Assembly: GCF_009914755.1 (NCBI RefSeq)
Contig: NC_060936.1
Direction: 5' to 3' (one strand)
Source: the human T2T-CHM13v2.0 reference genome, Homo sapiens
Length of the DNA stretch: 64,000 nucleotides
Part shown: positions 1 through 13,009 of the stretch, one piece after another
Numbering within the stretch: the first letter of the stretch is position 1
Layout of the letters: every line of letters starts with the position of its first letter
The notes under the pieces: model-generated
Databases searched by the model: none
The model's input: the letters and a program-made list of their open reading frames with translations, nothing else
What the model was told of the DNA's origin: nothing
Program-made: the position numbers and the translations under genes

Positions 1-963
1 CTATTATAGTAACGTTGCAGGATACAAGGTTAACATGCAAAAGTCAATCACTCTTCTGCATACCAACCATGAAATGGAATTTGAGATTAAAACCCCATAC
101 CATTTACTTTAGCACCCCCAAAAATAAAATACTTAGGTATAAACCTAACAAAATAAGTACAAGATTTACAAACTTGGAATGAAGAAAACTGCAAAACTCT
201 GATGAAATTAAATAGCTAAAGAAATTGAAAGATATTCCATGTCCATGCATAAGATGACCCAATATTGTCAAGATGTCAGTTCTTCTTAAGTTGATCTATA
301 GATTCACAGCAATCTCAACTAAAATCTCAGCAAGTAATTTTGTGGATATTGACAAACTGATTCTAAAGTTTATATGAAGAGGGAAAACTTCCAAAATACC
401 CAACCTAGTTTTGAAGAAGAAGAACAAAGATGGAGGACTGATACTATTCAACTTCAAAACTTACTATAAAGCTACAGAAATCAAGGTGGTATGGTATTGA
501 TAAAAGAACAAACAAACAGATAAATGGAGCTGAAAAGAGTCCAGAAACAGGCCTAAGTAAATATAGTCAACTGATCTTTGACAAAAAGACAAAGGCATTA
601 CAATAAACAAAAGATAGTCCTTTCAAAAAATAGTACTACAACTGGACAACTACATGTAAAAATCATTCTAGACACAGACATTACACCATTCACAAAAATT
701 ACCTCAAAATGAAACAGACTTAAATGTAAAATGCAAAACTATAACAATCCTAGAAGATAACATAGGAGAAAATCTAGTTAACCCTGCATTTGATGATGAT
801 ATTTTAGATATAATGCCAAAGGCATGATCCATGAAATAAAACATTTGATAAGCTGTACTTCATTATAATTAAACATTTCTGCTCTGTGAAAGACACTGTC
901 AAGAGAATGAAAAGACAAGCCACAGAACTGAAAGAAAATATTTTGCGAAAGATACATCTGACA

Positions 964-1063
964 GGCCAGGCGTGATGGATCACTCTTGTAATCCCAGTAC
1001 TTTGGGAGGCCTAGGAGTTCAAGACCAGCCTGGGTAACATAGCAAGACTTCATCTCTATAAAA
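964..1063 (+). mobile_element. Alu left monomer (FLAM-like) with internal deletion
   Basis: GGCCAGGCGTG...CCCAGTACTTTGGGAGG...GACCAGCCTGGG; TSD tacatctgaca (953-963) / tatatctgaca (1070-1080). Confidence 0.85.
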
Positions 1064-1165
1064 TACATATATATCTGACAGAGGACTCTTATCCAAAATA
1101 TACCAAAATCATTCAAATCTCAACAATAAGAAAACAAGCAACACCATTTAAAAGTAGGCCAAAGA

Positions 1166-1459
1166 GGATCCAGGTGTGGTGGCTCATGCCTATAATGCTA
1201 GCACTATGGGAGGCCAAGGTGGAAGGATCTCATGAGCCCAAGAATTCGAGTTCAGCCCGGGCAACATGGCAAAACCCAATCTCTATAAAAAACACACACA
1301 AAATTAGCCAGACATGGTGGCTCATGCCTGGGGTCCCAACTACCCAGGAGGCTGAGGTAGGAGAATCACTTGAGCCCAGGGAGCAGGGGTTGCAGTGAGC
1401 CATTGGGCCACTGAACTCCAGCCTAGGAGATGGAGTGAGACCATGTCTCAAAAAAAAAA
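1166..1459 (+). mobile_element. Alu (AluJ-like)
   Basis: Dimeric Alu with A tail; J-type 'cacttgagcccagg'; degraded TSD aaaagtaggccaaaga / aaaatgggtcaaaga. Confidence 0.9.
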
Positions 1460-2346
1460 TGGGTCAAAGACTTTAACAGACATCTCATCAAACAAGATAT
1501 ACAGATAGCAAATAGGCGTATGAAGACATGCTCTACATCATATGTCATCAGCGAAATGGAAATCAAAACAATGAAGTAACACTACATGCCTATTAGAATG
1601 GCAAAAATCTAGAATACTGATACCACAAAATGCTGGTGAGGATGTGGACCAACAGGAACTCTCATTCATTGTTGGTGGGAATACAAAATGGAACAGCCAT
1701 TTTGGAAGACAATTTGGTGATTTCTTACAAAAGTAAACATTCTCTTACTATGTAAATCATCAGTAGTACTCTTTGATATTTACCCAAAGGAGTTAAAAAC
1801 TTATGTCCACACAAAAATCTGAGCAATTATGTTTATAGCAGATTTATTCACAATTGCCAAAGCTTGGAAGCCACTTAGATGGCCTTCAGTGGCTGAATGG
1901 ATAAGTAAACCGTGGTGCATCCAGACAATGGAATATTATTCAGCACTAAAAAGAGCTGTCAACCCAGGAAAAGACATGGAGGAAGCTAAGTCCATATTAC
2001 TAAGTGAAAGAAGCCAATCTGAAAATGCCACATACTGTGTGATTCCAACCTTATGACATTCTGAAAAAGGAAAATCTAAAAATCTATGGAGACAGAAAGA
2101 TCAGTGGTTGTCAAGAATTGGAGGGAGAAAGGGATGAATAGGTGGGACACAGAGGATTTTAAGGGCAGCGAGACTACTCTGTACACTAGAATGATGGATA
2201 CGTACCATTATATATTTGTTCAAAGGTATAGAATCTATAACAGCAAGAGTGAGCCCTACTGTAAACTATGGACTTTGGGTGATATTGATGTGTGAATGTA
2301 GGCCCATCAGTTGCAAGAAATGTACCACCCTGGTAAGGGACATTGA

Positions 2347-2906
2347 TGTAGGGAGGGAAAAATCTTTTTCCTCTACCTGCCTAGGTTCTCACCTGGAGGC
2401 CTGCAAATTAGGCTGATAATAAAAATAAATAAATAAACAGATTAACAAGAGAAAAAAACAAGAGTTTATTAACACCTGCAGCATACATATAGGTGGGAGA
2501 AACTCAGTGGTGAGTAAAATTTCATCTTAACAAAAGAGTAATAACTTTGTAGAGAAATGACAACACAAAAGAAAAGGTTTTAGGCTTCCGAGGGAGACAA
2601 ACTGTGGGAAAGTAAATCTATGGAAGGAAATTAATGGATGATAAGTGTTATTTCATAAAGCTTGTTTGTGTAGACTCCTTTTGTAGTCATGTCATCTCTG
2701 GTGATAAATTTGTTATTCCTTTCCTGGTACAGAAATTGTAGTTGGAGGGGGAACACCTTCAGAGGGAAATTTTTGTTCTATTTTCAGGCAAATAGGGGGA
2801 GGGCAAAGAGCTCACCCTGTATGTGCTTTTTCTTAATCATTTTCAGTTTGAAAAGATCTTTATGCCAGCTTGCCATATTTTGGTGCTTGTACTCTGAACC
2901 CCTTTG
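2347..2906 (-). mobile_element. ERV1 solo LTR (MER34-like; family tentative) inserted in the L1 3' UTR
   Basis: Starts TGTAGGG; 4-bp TSD TTGA (2343-2346 / 2907-2910); L1 3' UTR resumes exactly across it. Confidence 0.7.
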
Positions 2907-3254
2907 TTGATAATGTGGGAAATTATGCATGTTTGAGGGCAGAGCACATATGGGAAGTCACTGAAGCTTCCACTCAATTTTGCTGTGAACATAAAACTGC
3001 TATGAAAAAATAAAACCTATTTAAAAAAGCTAAAGAGTAAAAAATACAGTTTCTGGAAGTATAAAAACTGAATAAATGAATCTGAAGAAAAACCATTCTG
3101 AAAAGTATTATGATAATCAAAATATCACATTAATAAAGTATTATGATTTTTGTATTATATAAAATTATGACACCAAAAATATTTTGTAAGTTTATGTATC
3201 ACCTTTACCCATATTACATTGTATAAATAATAAAGTATTTTAAAGAAAGAAACT

Positions 3255-3349
3255 TTATATTTTAGTAGTTTTAACTACACTTTTTTCTGACATTTTGAAC
3301 ACAGGTATCTACATTTTCATTTTGCATTGCAAATTATATAGCTGTCCTG
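3255..3349. mobile_element. hAT-type MITE fragment (MER53-like)
   Basis: Terminal 'cattttcattttgcattgcaaattatatagctgtcctg' resembles the MER53 end as I recall it. Confidence 0.45.
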
Positions 3350-4880
3350 GGCACATGTTTCCTTTCTACATGCTTCAGTGATGTCACTCACCACTTTTGT
3401 TTATCTGATTGACTTTGAGGAAGGAGGCCAAATAACCTATAGTGTCTCCAAAGTAACTGAGTTTAACTTTTTCCATTTTAACTCTAGGACTTTATTTGAG
3501 ATTATCAGAAGACAAGTTTCCCACTGATCCCCCTAACGCCCATTGGACTATTTGAAGCAAATTTTTAATATTATATCATTTTATACATATACATGTTACC
3601 ATGTATTTTAAAATACAACATACTCAGTGTGCTATTAGTGTATTTAGTATGTTCATCCAAAAGCAAGACTGAACAAGAAAGTGATAAGCACTAGATAGAT
3701 ACAGCTTGATTTAAGTGTTGGTAAGCTGGAAGAGGATGGGGGATTAAGCAGCAGTGGCACAAACCTCTATTGAAAGTAACATGCCCTTCCCCAATAAGGA
3801 TGCAAGTTATGGAATGAATAGGCCCAACCAACCACAGCCATATAGAATAAAAGGATTTGTAATGAAAGAAGCAGAAAAACCCTTTGTCTCTGAGCAGGAA
3901 CATTCTCACATAAAACAAAGAAGTGCTGCTCTTTCTGTCGCAGAGCAGTAGTTTTTCATAGATACTATTATAGGCATATTTCTAAGATAGGAAAATGCTT
4001 TAGCTTTCTGCTATTTATTAGGTGAAAAGCAAAGCCATGAATATCTTTTTGCACATAAATAATTCTGAATTTTTTAGATATTCTTAATAAAAATGAGGAC
4101 TTGAATTTAAAGAGTCATACAATTTCATTAAGCGCCAGTTGATGGATGCCGCTTCTCCTACAGGGTTTTCTTTCCTTTTCTTTTCTGTTAGGAAGCCTCT
4201 TTACTCGTGCTAGGCTAAATAATAAAAATACAAGACTAAATTGCTTAATTTGAATTTCTGGGTTTTAGTGCTACCTATTCCATTTTGTTAGCAAGACATG
4301 TCTTCCCATTAGTAGAATTCATAGTAGAAATTGGTAAATTATTCATCTTGTTTTTCTGTTGTATTTAAAAAAAGGAGAGATCCTACAGGGCAGAGATTTT
4401 CAACAGATTACTGAGTTTCTGAATTGTTTGCAGAATTAAACAAGAGGAGTGTTTGAAAAGTAATACGTAAGTCAATATGTTAAAAAGAAATATTTTAGTT
4501 ACTGATTACAGCTAGCTTCACAAGAACTCCTCCCAAAAGCAATTAGTCTTTGAATTGATTCCAAATGCCTTCATTTCCACTTAAAATTGCCAAAAACGAA
4601 AACAAAAAACAAAAACAATGCGCTGCCAGCTTTTCCAGCAGTGTTTAAACAATTAATTTGCAATATTGATCTGAATGCAAATGAAGTAGAAGACAAAGAG
4701 TGTCTGTTAGCTTCCATTTAATATGCATTTTTTTAAATGACACCATTTTAGGTGTCAAATAATCTTGACTCTATAATATTAAGGAAGGCCCTTTTAGCAC
4801 TTTTGTTTTATTTTCTTTCTTTTTTAGTTTTTTTTTCTTCCTGGACTGCAGAAGTAGTTGTGTAAAAAATAAGCAATGCA

Positions 4881-5183
4881 GGCTGGGCGCGGTGGCTCAC
4901 GCTGGCAATCCCTGCACTTTGGGAGGCCAAAGTGGGAGCAAATCATTTGAGGTCAGGATTTCTAGACCAGCCCGGCCAACATGGTGAAACCCCGTCTCTA
5001 CTAAAAATACAAAAATTGGCTGAGCATCGTGGCAGGCACCTGTAGTCCCAGCTACTCAGGAGGCTGAGGCAGGAGAATTGCTTGAACTCAGGAGGCGGAG
5101 GTTACAGTGAGCCAAGATCTCACCACTGCCCTCCAGCCTGGGCAACAGAGCAAGACTCCATCTCAAAAAAATAAAAAAATAAA
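4881..5183 (+). mobile_element. Alu (AluS-like)
   Basis: Full dimer; TSD aagcaatgca / aagcgatgca. Confidence 0.95.
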
Positions 5184-5479
5184 AGCGATGCATATATTTT
5201 ATTTAAAATATCTACCAAAATAATCCCATAGAGATTGTACCTTCTTAAAATACAGTCTTTATATTTGCCCTTTTCAATAAGATGATGCAAATATAGAACA
5301 GAAAAAGAGACTGAGGATGACATACCTCGGTCCAAAGGTATGTCCACAAAACAGAGCTTAAAATTAAAATGAATAATTTTTCACATAGCCTAAAAATATT
5401 CCATGGTTCAAGCTACAACTAGATATAGAATAAGAAATGTTTATTTTGAAATCCTGTTTTCCATATCCCCTATTAAAAA

Positions 5480-6600
5480 AACATTTATTATGGAAAATGT
5501 GTGATTTGTACAATGGTAGAGGGAACAGTATAATGAACTTCATGGACATAATGAACAGTATAATGAACTTCAGCAGTCACCACCATGTGAGCAATACCAT
5601 TTCATCTATATTCCCCCCACTCATCACACCCCTATTGGACCACTTGAACCAAATTTTTGACATCATATAATTTCATACATGTACATTATAGTATGTATTT
5701 CATTTTCTTTTCTTTCTTTTTTTTAAACAGTACCAAGCACTGTTACCCAGGCTGGAGCATAGTGGCATGGTCTCTGCTCCGTGCAACCTCCACCCCCCAG
5801 GTTCATGCGATTCTCCTGTCTCAGCCTCCTGAGTAGCCGGGACTACAGGCACGTGCCAACAAACTCGGCAATTTTTTTCACCCAGCTAATTTTTGTATTT
5901 TTAATAGAGACAGCATTTCGCCATGTTGGCCAGGCTGGTCTCGAACTCCTGGCCTCCACTGATCCACCTGCCTTGTCCTCCCAAGGCCACTGCATCCTGC
6001 CTAGTATGTATTTCTAAAAGACAAGAGCTCTTTTAAAAGTACGACCTCAACACAATTACAACACTTTAAAAAAAGATTCCTTATTGTCATATATCTAGTC
6101 AGTTTTTAAATTGCTCTAATTATTATCTCATAAATGTTTTCTAATGGTTGGTTTGTTCAAATTTGGATCTGAATATTTGTTTGAAAGGTCTCAAATCATT
6201 TTAAACTTAGAGTTCCTCCTGTATCTTTATTTTTCCTGCAATGCATCTGGGAATGAAATAGAGTCATTTGTTCTGCAGTTTCCCACATTCTGGATTTTGC
6301 TGGTTATATCCCCAGTTTTCAGGGATTTGGACTTTTGTTTCCATTTTTACTCTAAGCTGGTAGCTAGACCTAGAGGCTTGAACAGCTCATGTTTGCTTTC
6401 TTGGCACAAATACATCATAGATGGTTTTGTGTGCTTCCATCAGATGACAATCTGGTTTTCCACTGAGTGGTGCTAACATTGATAAGCCCATTCCGGTGTT
6501 ATCAGACTCATCCAACCCCATCAGCTTTGGGCCTAGTATTCGTATCAGCCTGTGATGATCATTGCAGTAGATCCATTATTTCAAGAGGAAATTGTAATTT
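5480..6600 (-). mobile_element. Old L1 3' end (L1MC4/5- or L1ME-like), split by an Alu; a related short fragment lies at ~3530-3620
   Basis: 'gacatcatataatttcatacat...agtatgtatttctaaaagacaag' pattern typical of antisense old L1M 3' ends. Confidence 0.55.
5702..6001 (-). mobile_element. Alu (antisense)
   Basis: T-rich tail then reverse-complement Alu; perfect 13-bp TSD tagtatgtatttc (5689-5701 / 6002-6014). Confidence 0.93.
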
Positions 6601-6630
6601 TTTAAAGTATGTTTTTAAGAGTCAGGGTGA

Positions 6631-7151
<521 letters not shown>

Positions 7152-7253
7152 TCATCTTCTTTCAAAGTTTGATCATCACGAGAGTCTTCTCTAGGCAGGT
7201 GGGCACATAGCATGGGCCAGGACACTATACAAAAGCTAGCCTTACTATCAGAG

Positions 7254-7677
7254 TGTATTAGGCCACCCTTGCATTGCTATTAAAAAATACCTGAGACTGG
7301 GTAATTTATAAGAAAAGAGGTTTAACTCACTCATGGTTCTGCAGGCTATACAGGAAGCACAGCACTGGCATCTGCCTCTGGGGAGGCTTCAGGAAGCTTA
7401 CAATTATGATGGAAGGCAAAGGGAGAGCAGGCATGTCACACGGTGAAAGCAGGAGCGAGAGCACCAGAGAGAGAGTGTGTGTGGGTGTGGGGGCAGGGGG
7501 TGCCGCACACTTTCAAATGACCAGATCGCATTAGAGCTCACTATCATGAAGACAGCAGCAAGCCATGAGGGATCCATTCCCATGATTCAAACACCTCCCA
7601 ATCAGGCCCCACATCCAACACTGGGGATTATAACTCAACATGAAATTTGGGTGGAGACAAATATCCAAGCTATGTCA
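7254..7677 (-). mobile_element. MaLR solo LTR (MSTA-like)
   Basis: TG...CA ends; 'acctgagactgggtaatttataagaaaagagg' MST/THE1 motif; perfect 5-bp TSD CAGAG (7249-7253 / 7678-7682). Confidence 0.9.
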
Positions 7678-9342
7678 CAGAGCACACAAGGATAAGCCAG
7701 ACACAAGTCCCAAAGGGAAAACGCAGGAAAAGGCAACAGTCAAGGTTTCAGCATACACTGCACTATTTATACTTTAACATTTTACAAATGACATTTGTAG
7801 AGAAAAGAACAGGGGAAAAATGCTGAAGTATGCCCATCTTTCCTTCTTTCAGTGTGTTTCTCCACTGTGGCTTGAGATGAGAGGAATGAATCTCTCCCAC
7901 TGACCCTCACCCTGATACTTGTTTGAAGACTTTCCACTACCAACTTTGGAGGGATGGAGAGATGGAGAGGAGACCAGGAAGGAGGAGCTGGGAAGAGTGT
8001 TTCAAACCAGTAGCTACTGGTACTGAAACCTATCCAATTGTCCCATAGAACTGATGTTTATTGTTTCTTTTTGATAAACATAGAAATTGACCCTCCCAGT
8101 TTTGAAACCTGAGAAAGTTATATTTGTCTTATCTGGGTTCCTTTCTCAGGAAAGCAACCACCGGGACTCCCAGATAGTATTAAGGAACTGAAACTTACCA
8201 GATCACCACATGTGGACAATGAGGTACCCCTCACCTGTCACAATTGCCTAAGCAACCACTTGCTTCCTATTGATCAACTCCTCTTCCTTAGTTCTCCTTA
8301 ATTCTCTTGCCCTGCACATAGTTACATTTTTGTTCTATAAACCCCTTATTTTAGTTAGGGAGATGGATTTGAGACTGATCTCCCATCTCCTCTCCTCAGC
8401 TGTAGCACCCAAATAGAACCTTTTCCCTGACTATCTTCATTTTCTCAGTGATTGGCCTTCTATGCAGAGACAGCAGGACCCAGACCCAACCCCTGGTGTT
8501 TCGGTAACAAATTTTGATTCTCTAACTGAGACCACGTTGCTTGTGGCTCAGCTGAGTTGTGCTGAGAGTTTTGGAAGCCTTCCTAAGCAGCCTCCTGACC
8601 CTATTTTGGCTGAAGGTGGGTATTTCTCTGTCCTTATGGCCCCATCACTGCTGGCATCAACCACATTCCTGGTTGCCTAGGACAAGCAGCTTTTGAAATT
8701 TGACATCTGCGTCCAGATAGGTTAGTGTCCTTTATTGGCTCAGACAGCAGGATCTGCTCCTCTTAATACTGGAAATTTTAAAGGAATTTCTCTCTACATT
8801 TGGGACAAGCCCAACTGACTAAGAAAGAGAAGCACCCTGACTGTTTCAGTTTAGACATGCCAGGGAGCTTGTTTTCTGAGGCAGCAGTTACATTGTGTTT
8901 TGGTGATTGTTTCTGTGTGTGTTGATATAGTCATGGGAAATTAGAATTTAATAAGCTGTTACTCTTTTGTAATAATGTTTAGTTCCAATGTTCTTTGGAA
9001 CCTGGAGTTTGCTGTTGAATGGGAAAGTGAGATGGAGTTCTGTGTATTCAGGCTTTTATTCTGCTGTTCTAAGCAGAATTGGGTCTGGTTAGTAGGTTCC
9101 AGGTGATGTTCTGTGGTGCTGTTTGGCCTCCAGTGTTCTCTGGAATCTGGGAAGGTTTGCCTTTACAAATAAAACTGCCATGGAAATTGCTTTACCCAAA
9201 ATTTTGGTTCACAGCTTTCATTGGATTACCTATCAGGACAAAGTCTGGCCATCTGAAAATGTTCATAGACCAGAGAGTTTGTATTGCCCAGAGAGTTTGT
9301 ATTGCTGTCTCATGGCTAGAATTCTGAGGTAAAAGCTATTGG

Positions 9343-9345
<3 letters not shown>

Positions 9346-9392
<47 letters not shown>
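9346..9392. repeat. (TG)n microsatellite, ~23 units
   Basis: Uninterrupted TG run seen directly. Confidence 0.97.
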
Positions 9393-9393
<1 letters not shown>

Positions 9394-11410
9394 TAGATGT
9401 TACATGTTGTTTTACACAGTACCAATATGGCTTATAAGTAAGAGTGCTTATAAATAAATAAGTCCAAGCAATTTAAAAGTTCATGTGACTTAAGTAAATC
9501 TTTAATAAACAAGCTGGTTTAAAATTATTGGTAAAATAAAAATAGGAATATCTTCAGAATTGTCAGCATACATTTTTCCTGGGTTTATATTTGTGTCTGC
9601 TAGATATTTTGAGGTGTTAGGTTTTGACACAGAAGGTTATAAAACTATGAACCCAGCCAAAACATAATGATTTTGTTTGTGTGACTTTTTGGACAAATAA
9701 GACTAAATTATTATTGTTAGCTTAATAAAAACAGCTGAATCATCTGAGTTATCATATTAGCAAAATACCTATATATTTAATTTTAAGGTTCTTATTTAGG
9801 TGAACATCTGATATTCACAGGCTATTAAAAATCATTAATAAAGAAATAACTTGAAACAATGATTAGCTTTGTTTAATATTTTGGTTTTCAGAAGAAATCT
9901 AGATAAGCTGTTTAAAAATGAGAGAATTGAGTACATGTAAATGGGATAAATGCTGTTGGTGAACTCTCCATGTAATTTAAATATGAAAGTTATTTTCGAT
10001 TGAATAATAGGCGCTTGTAGGATGTCTGAGTCATTGCCAGTTAAGAAGGAGTTGTGATACAGGGGGAATATACCTCTAAAAACTGTGGAATGTTCTCGTC
10101 TATAAAATACTAATATCTGATAGTTCAAGATTTCTTGCTTCTTAGGTTTTCACTAAAATTTAAGGTTATTAAGAAAAAGAATTCTAGTTAATATATAATT
10201 CTGTATATAAAATGTGCCAAAGAAGATGTGTTTTCACTGCAAAAAAAGAATAATATCTTCTAATTCAGAAGTTGTCTAAAGGTTAACTCAAATTATGGAG
10301 TTGAAAAGGGATATTTATAGAAACAGAGTAGAAAGGAATCAGTACATAAGGGAGAGAGATGTGGAGAATGTTAGAAATATGAAGATATATTTACAGTAAG
10401 GAAAGTTGTAAAGAAAAGAGAATAATTTTTTACGAGAAATGAATTTGTATGGTGAATTTTAGTCCTAAAGTAAAATGAATGGTTATTAAAAAAAAAAAAA
10501 ATTAGGACAAAGCAGAAAGTCCAAGCATATCATAGATGATCTATATAAGTCATACATAGTCTTTTTTCCTATTTCTCTGTGTGTCTATCTTCATGCATAT
10601 GTAGAGAAAATAGAAAGTTGAAAAGATAGTAATATATTAGGCAGTAAAATATTCTTTAAAACTTCATAGAAAATTGGAAAAATTTGGTCAATTAAAACTG
10701 CTCATAAAGCTCTTAGTCTTGATGGCGGTAAGTTAAAAAATATTGTAAAGAAATACATTGGCAATTTGGCAACTCTTTTTAATATAGGTAAGCATGAAGC
10801 CAGACTTAGCATGGAGCTGAATTTCACGTAAGTGCTTGCATTGCTTCACACTATATTTGCGATTTTGCATAGATAGGACTACCACTAAAGTACTTACTGG
10901 TCACATACCTAAAGTGAATTCCCGAATTGCACAAAATATATAGTAGTATTGGTGGACTTAAAGACATTAATATGTATATCAGGAACGAAATATTCATCCT
11001 GTGCTTTTCAGGCTCTGGGTAACATTGTAGACTCCAAGGTGAATTGAGTAGGAGAAAAAATGGGGGTTGGTTTCCTGTTTATTTGTTTTTGCTTCTAATT
11101 TTCATTTATTTGCTGTTTGTTTTCCTTTGGGATATATATATATCCTTCCATTAGAAATAGAAATCCTTCCATTAGAAACTAAGAAACACGTATATATAAA
11201 ATATTATATAACATATATAAAAACATATGTATGTTTTTTAGTTTCTAATGGAAGGATTTTTTATTTAGTTCTATGAATAGTCACTTTGTTTCCTATGCAT
11301 TTCCAACAATTTATCATTTGCTTTATTTATCTAAAATTCCTAATCTGTCTTGCCAAACCTCCAAAAATTGATAGAGTTTCCCAGCTATTTAAAACTTAAT
11401 TCATTTTGCT

Positions 11411-11734
11411 GGCCAGGCATGGTGGCTCACGCCTGTAATCCCAGCACTCTGGGTGGCCGAGGTGGGCAAATCACCTAAGGTCAGGAGTTCGAGACCAGTC
11501 TGGCCAACATGGCAAAACCCTGTCTCTACTGAAAATACAAAAATTAGCCAGGTGTGGTGGCATGCACCTGTAATCCAAGCAACTCGAGAGGCTGAGACAG
11601 AAGAATTGCTTCAACCTGGAAGATGAAGGTTGTGGTGAGCCGAGATCTCGCCACTGCATTCCAGCTTGGGAGACAGAGCAAGAATCTGTCTCAAATAATA
11701 ATAATAATAGTAATAATAATAATAATAATAAAAT
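11411..11734 (+). mobile_element. Alu (AluSx-like) with (AAT)n tail, inside provirus #1
   Basis: 19-bp TSD aaacttaattcattttgct (11392-11410 / 11735-11753). Confidence 0.96.
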
Positions 11735-11875
11735 AAACTTAATTCATTTTGCTTATCTCTGATGATCTAGATAGCTACAAGAGCTTTAAGTTCCCCAACA
11801 AAAAATAATGAATAAATAAATAAAAATAAATAAATAAATAAAGACATTTTTAGAAGTTCTGAGCAGAAATAGGAC

Positions 11876-12167
11876 TTTTGTTTTGAAATGGAGTCTTGCT
11901 CCATCACCCAGGCTGGAGTTCAGTGGTGCCATCTTAGCTCACTGCAACCTCTGCCTCTTGTGTTCAAAGGATTCTCATGCCTCAGCCTCCCCGAGTAGCT
12001 GGGATTACAGACCCCTGTCACCACACCCAGCTAGTTTTTGTATTTTTAGTAGCGATGGAGTTTCACCATGTTGGCCAGGCTGGTCTCAAACTCCTGACCT
12101 CAGGTAATCTGCCTGCCTCAGCCTCCCAAAGTGCTTGGATTACAGATGTGAGCCACCTCACCTGGCC
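11876..12167 (-). mobile_element. Alu (AluS-like, antisense), inside provirus #1
   Basis: Reverse-complement dimer ending ...cacctggcc at 12167. Confidence 0.94.
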
Positions 12168-12660
12168 AAAACAGTACACTTTTTGTTATTTGAAAAAGAA
12201 GGTGAGAGTACAAATGTTGAAATGGTGTTTATTTCCACAGTAATTCAATTCGATCAATAATTTGAGGTGGTTTCAGATGTTTTCCTTTAGGTAATGAGGG
12301 AAAACTGTGATATGGATACAAAGTTTTAATGTTCAGGAAAGACTGGCCTTGTCGTTAAGAAAATTATATTGATTGGGATTTCTCCTAAACTACTTTAGTT
12401 GTGTTTACCAATATTAACATTAAGTGATATTCATTTGGATTAAGTAGTAATTTTAAAAATGTGAGACTTTCTAGTGATTTTTGAACCCAAGCCATTTATC
12501 ACTGATATGCCTTCATATGTATACTTAAAAACAATATATGTACAAGCATCACACTGGTTTGAAGATTCTAGTGGTAAAATTTACCTAATCAGTTGTCAGT
12601 ACCTTATCTAGAAACCAATCTTGGAAAAGTGTTATGATACTCTTTTAAATAGCTGAAATG

Positions 12661-13009
<349 letters not shown>

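Larger units (their letters stand above)
1..3027 (+). mobile_element. Old L1 (L1MC1/2-like), 3' ORF2 remnant plus 3' UTR; runs off the window start; interrupted by two Alu-type elements and an LTR
   Basis: Decayed ORF2-like sequence from base 1 (e.g. ORF 1829-2056 MFIADLFTIAKAWK...TMEYYSALKR); L1MC-type 3' end 'ctcaattttgctgtgaacataaaactgctatgaaaaaataaaa' at ~2973-3015. Confidence 0.85.
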
